Source: a virus
IMG/VR virus record: IMGVR_UViG_3300037504_000618
Location: 1-64,000 of that record
Length of the DNA stretch: 64,000 nucleotides
Strand: one strand, 5' to 3'
Shown here piece after piece: positions 63,649-64,000 of this stretch. How positions within the stretch are numbered: the stretch's first letter is position 1; the number at the start of each line of letters is the position of its first letter. The translations under genes and the position numbers were made by a program. Below the pieces are notes generated by a model. That model was not told the DNA's origin. It ran no database searches and saw only the letters and a list, made by a program, of their open reading frames with translations.

Positions 63649-63925
63649 ACTGGCGGAGCCTTACGAGGGCTGGCGGGCGACGATCCGCACGAACATTCCC
63701 ATGGCGACGTATAACGCGCTGGTGGGGGGCACGTGGGAGGAGAAGGCCCAGGCGCTGATTGCAACGATCCTGGAATGGAACTACGTAGACGACGAAGGGG
63801 AGCCGATTCCTCTGGAACCCGCCGCGTTGCGGACGCGCTTGGGCTTCGACGAGGTCAAGCTCACGGTGGCGGCGATTGATCAGGCGATTGGCGATTTTTT
63901 ACGCCAACTGAGTACGCGCGACTGA
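63581..63925 (+). CDS. Tail assembly chaperone (gpG-like)
   Basis: ILEWNYVDDEGEPIPL motif and a slippery site near the 3' end. Confidence 0.8.
   Translation: MEQNEIKQAPKKRTRPVRTAEIELAEPYEGWRATIRTNIPMATYNALVGGTWEEKAQALIATILEWNYVDDEGEPIPLEPAALRTRLGFDEVKLTVAAIDQAIGDFLRQLSTRD
63895..63901 (+). other. -1 ribosomal frameshift site T TTT TTA (gpGT-like)
   Basis: In-frame GAT TTT TTA. The -1 frame (TPTEYARLIQYISVGTG...) stays open to the window end. Confidence 0.75.
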
Positions 63926-64000
63926 TTCAGTATATCAGCGTGGGGACCGGGAGCCCCCCGCCGATCTACACGAAGGTCAAGGTATGTGAGCGGATGCACT

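Larger units (their letters stand above)
1..64000. mobile_element. Temperate tailed phage (siphovirus) genome, excised/attP form, probably almost complete
   Basis: Terminase, portal, protease, capsid, tail tube, chaperone, tape measure, lysis, repressor, integrase and attP are all present. No host housekeeping genes. The window end (chaperone) and start (tape measure) are adjacent in normal gene order. Confidence 0.95.

Noticed and set aside
1-64000. Diversity-generating retroelement, retron or IS element
   Set aside because: No reverse transcriptase, transposase or TR/VR pair seen.

Overview
A near-complete, circularly permuted temperate siphovirus genome (GC-rich) with no host DNA. The window opens inside the tape-measure gene and ends in the tail-assembly-chaperone gene that normally precedes it. 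The host is most likely Chloroflexota (Anaerolineae-like), inferred from a Chloroflexi-type DnaA domain I on the initiator, a YLPxV-type motif and an NBR1-Ig/Excalibur lipoprotein. Gene order: tail (1-9.1 kb); ART/HTH operon; iteron origin, initiator and ParM/ParR-like partition genes; leftward early operon with ParB and two tyrosine recombinases; RHH/XRE switch; attP (3' half of tRNA-Val CAC) and a third recombinase; MoxR-VWA/SNF2/ASCH/IbrA-GNAT-IbrB operon; PolX; five genes or operons sharing one promoter-operator (amidoligase plus GATase, ParB, PC4 x2, RadC, RarA C-terminal domain); ParB-fold protein plus TAGT glycosyltransferase; lysis; nucleotide-sugar dehydrogenase; terminase, head and tail genes. 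The strongest unexplained signal is a family of seven intergenic dif/lox-like 14-6-14 inverted sites (TAA-N6-TTA core), each with a different spacer. Six carry a third arm 51-52 bp away, and inward-facing pairs bracket whole functional modules. This suggests a recombinase-driven cassette-exchange system. All product calls come from motif recognition by eye; no database search was run.
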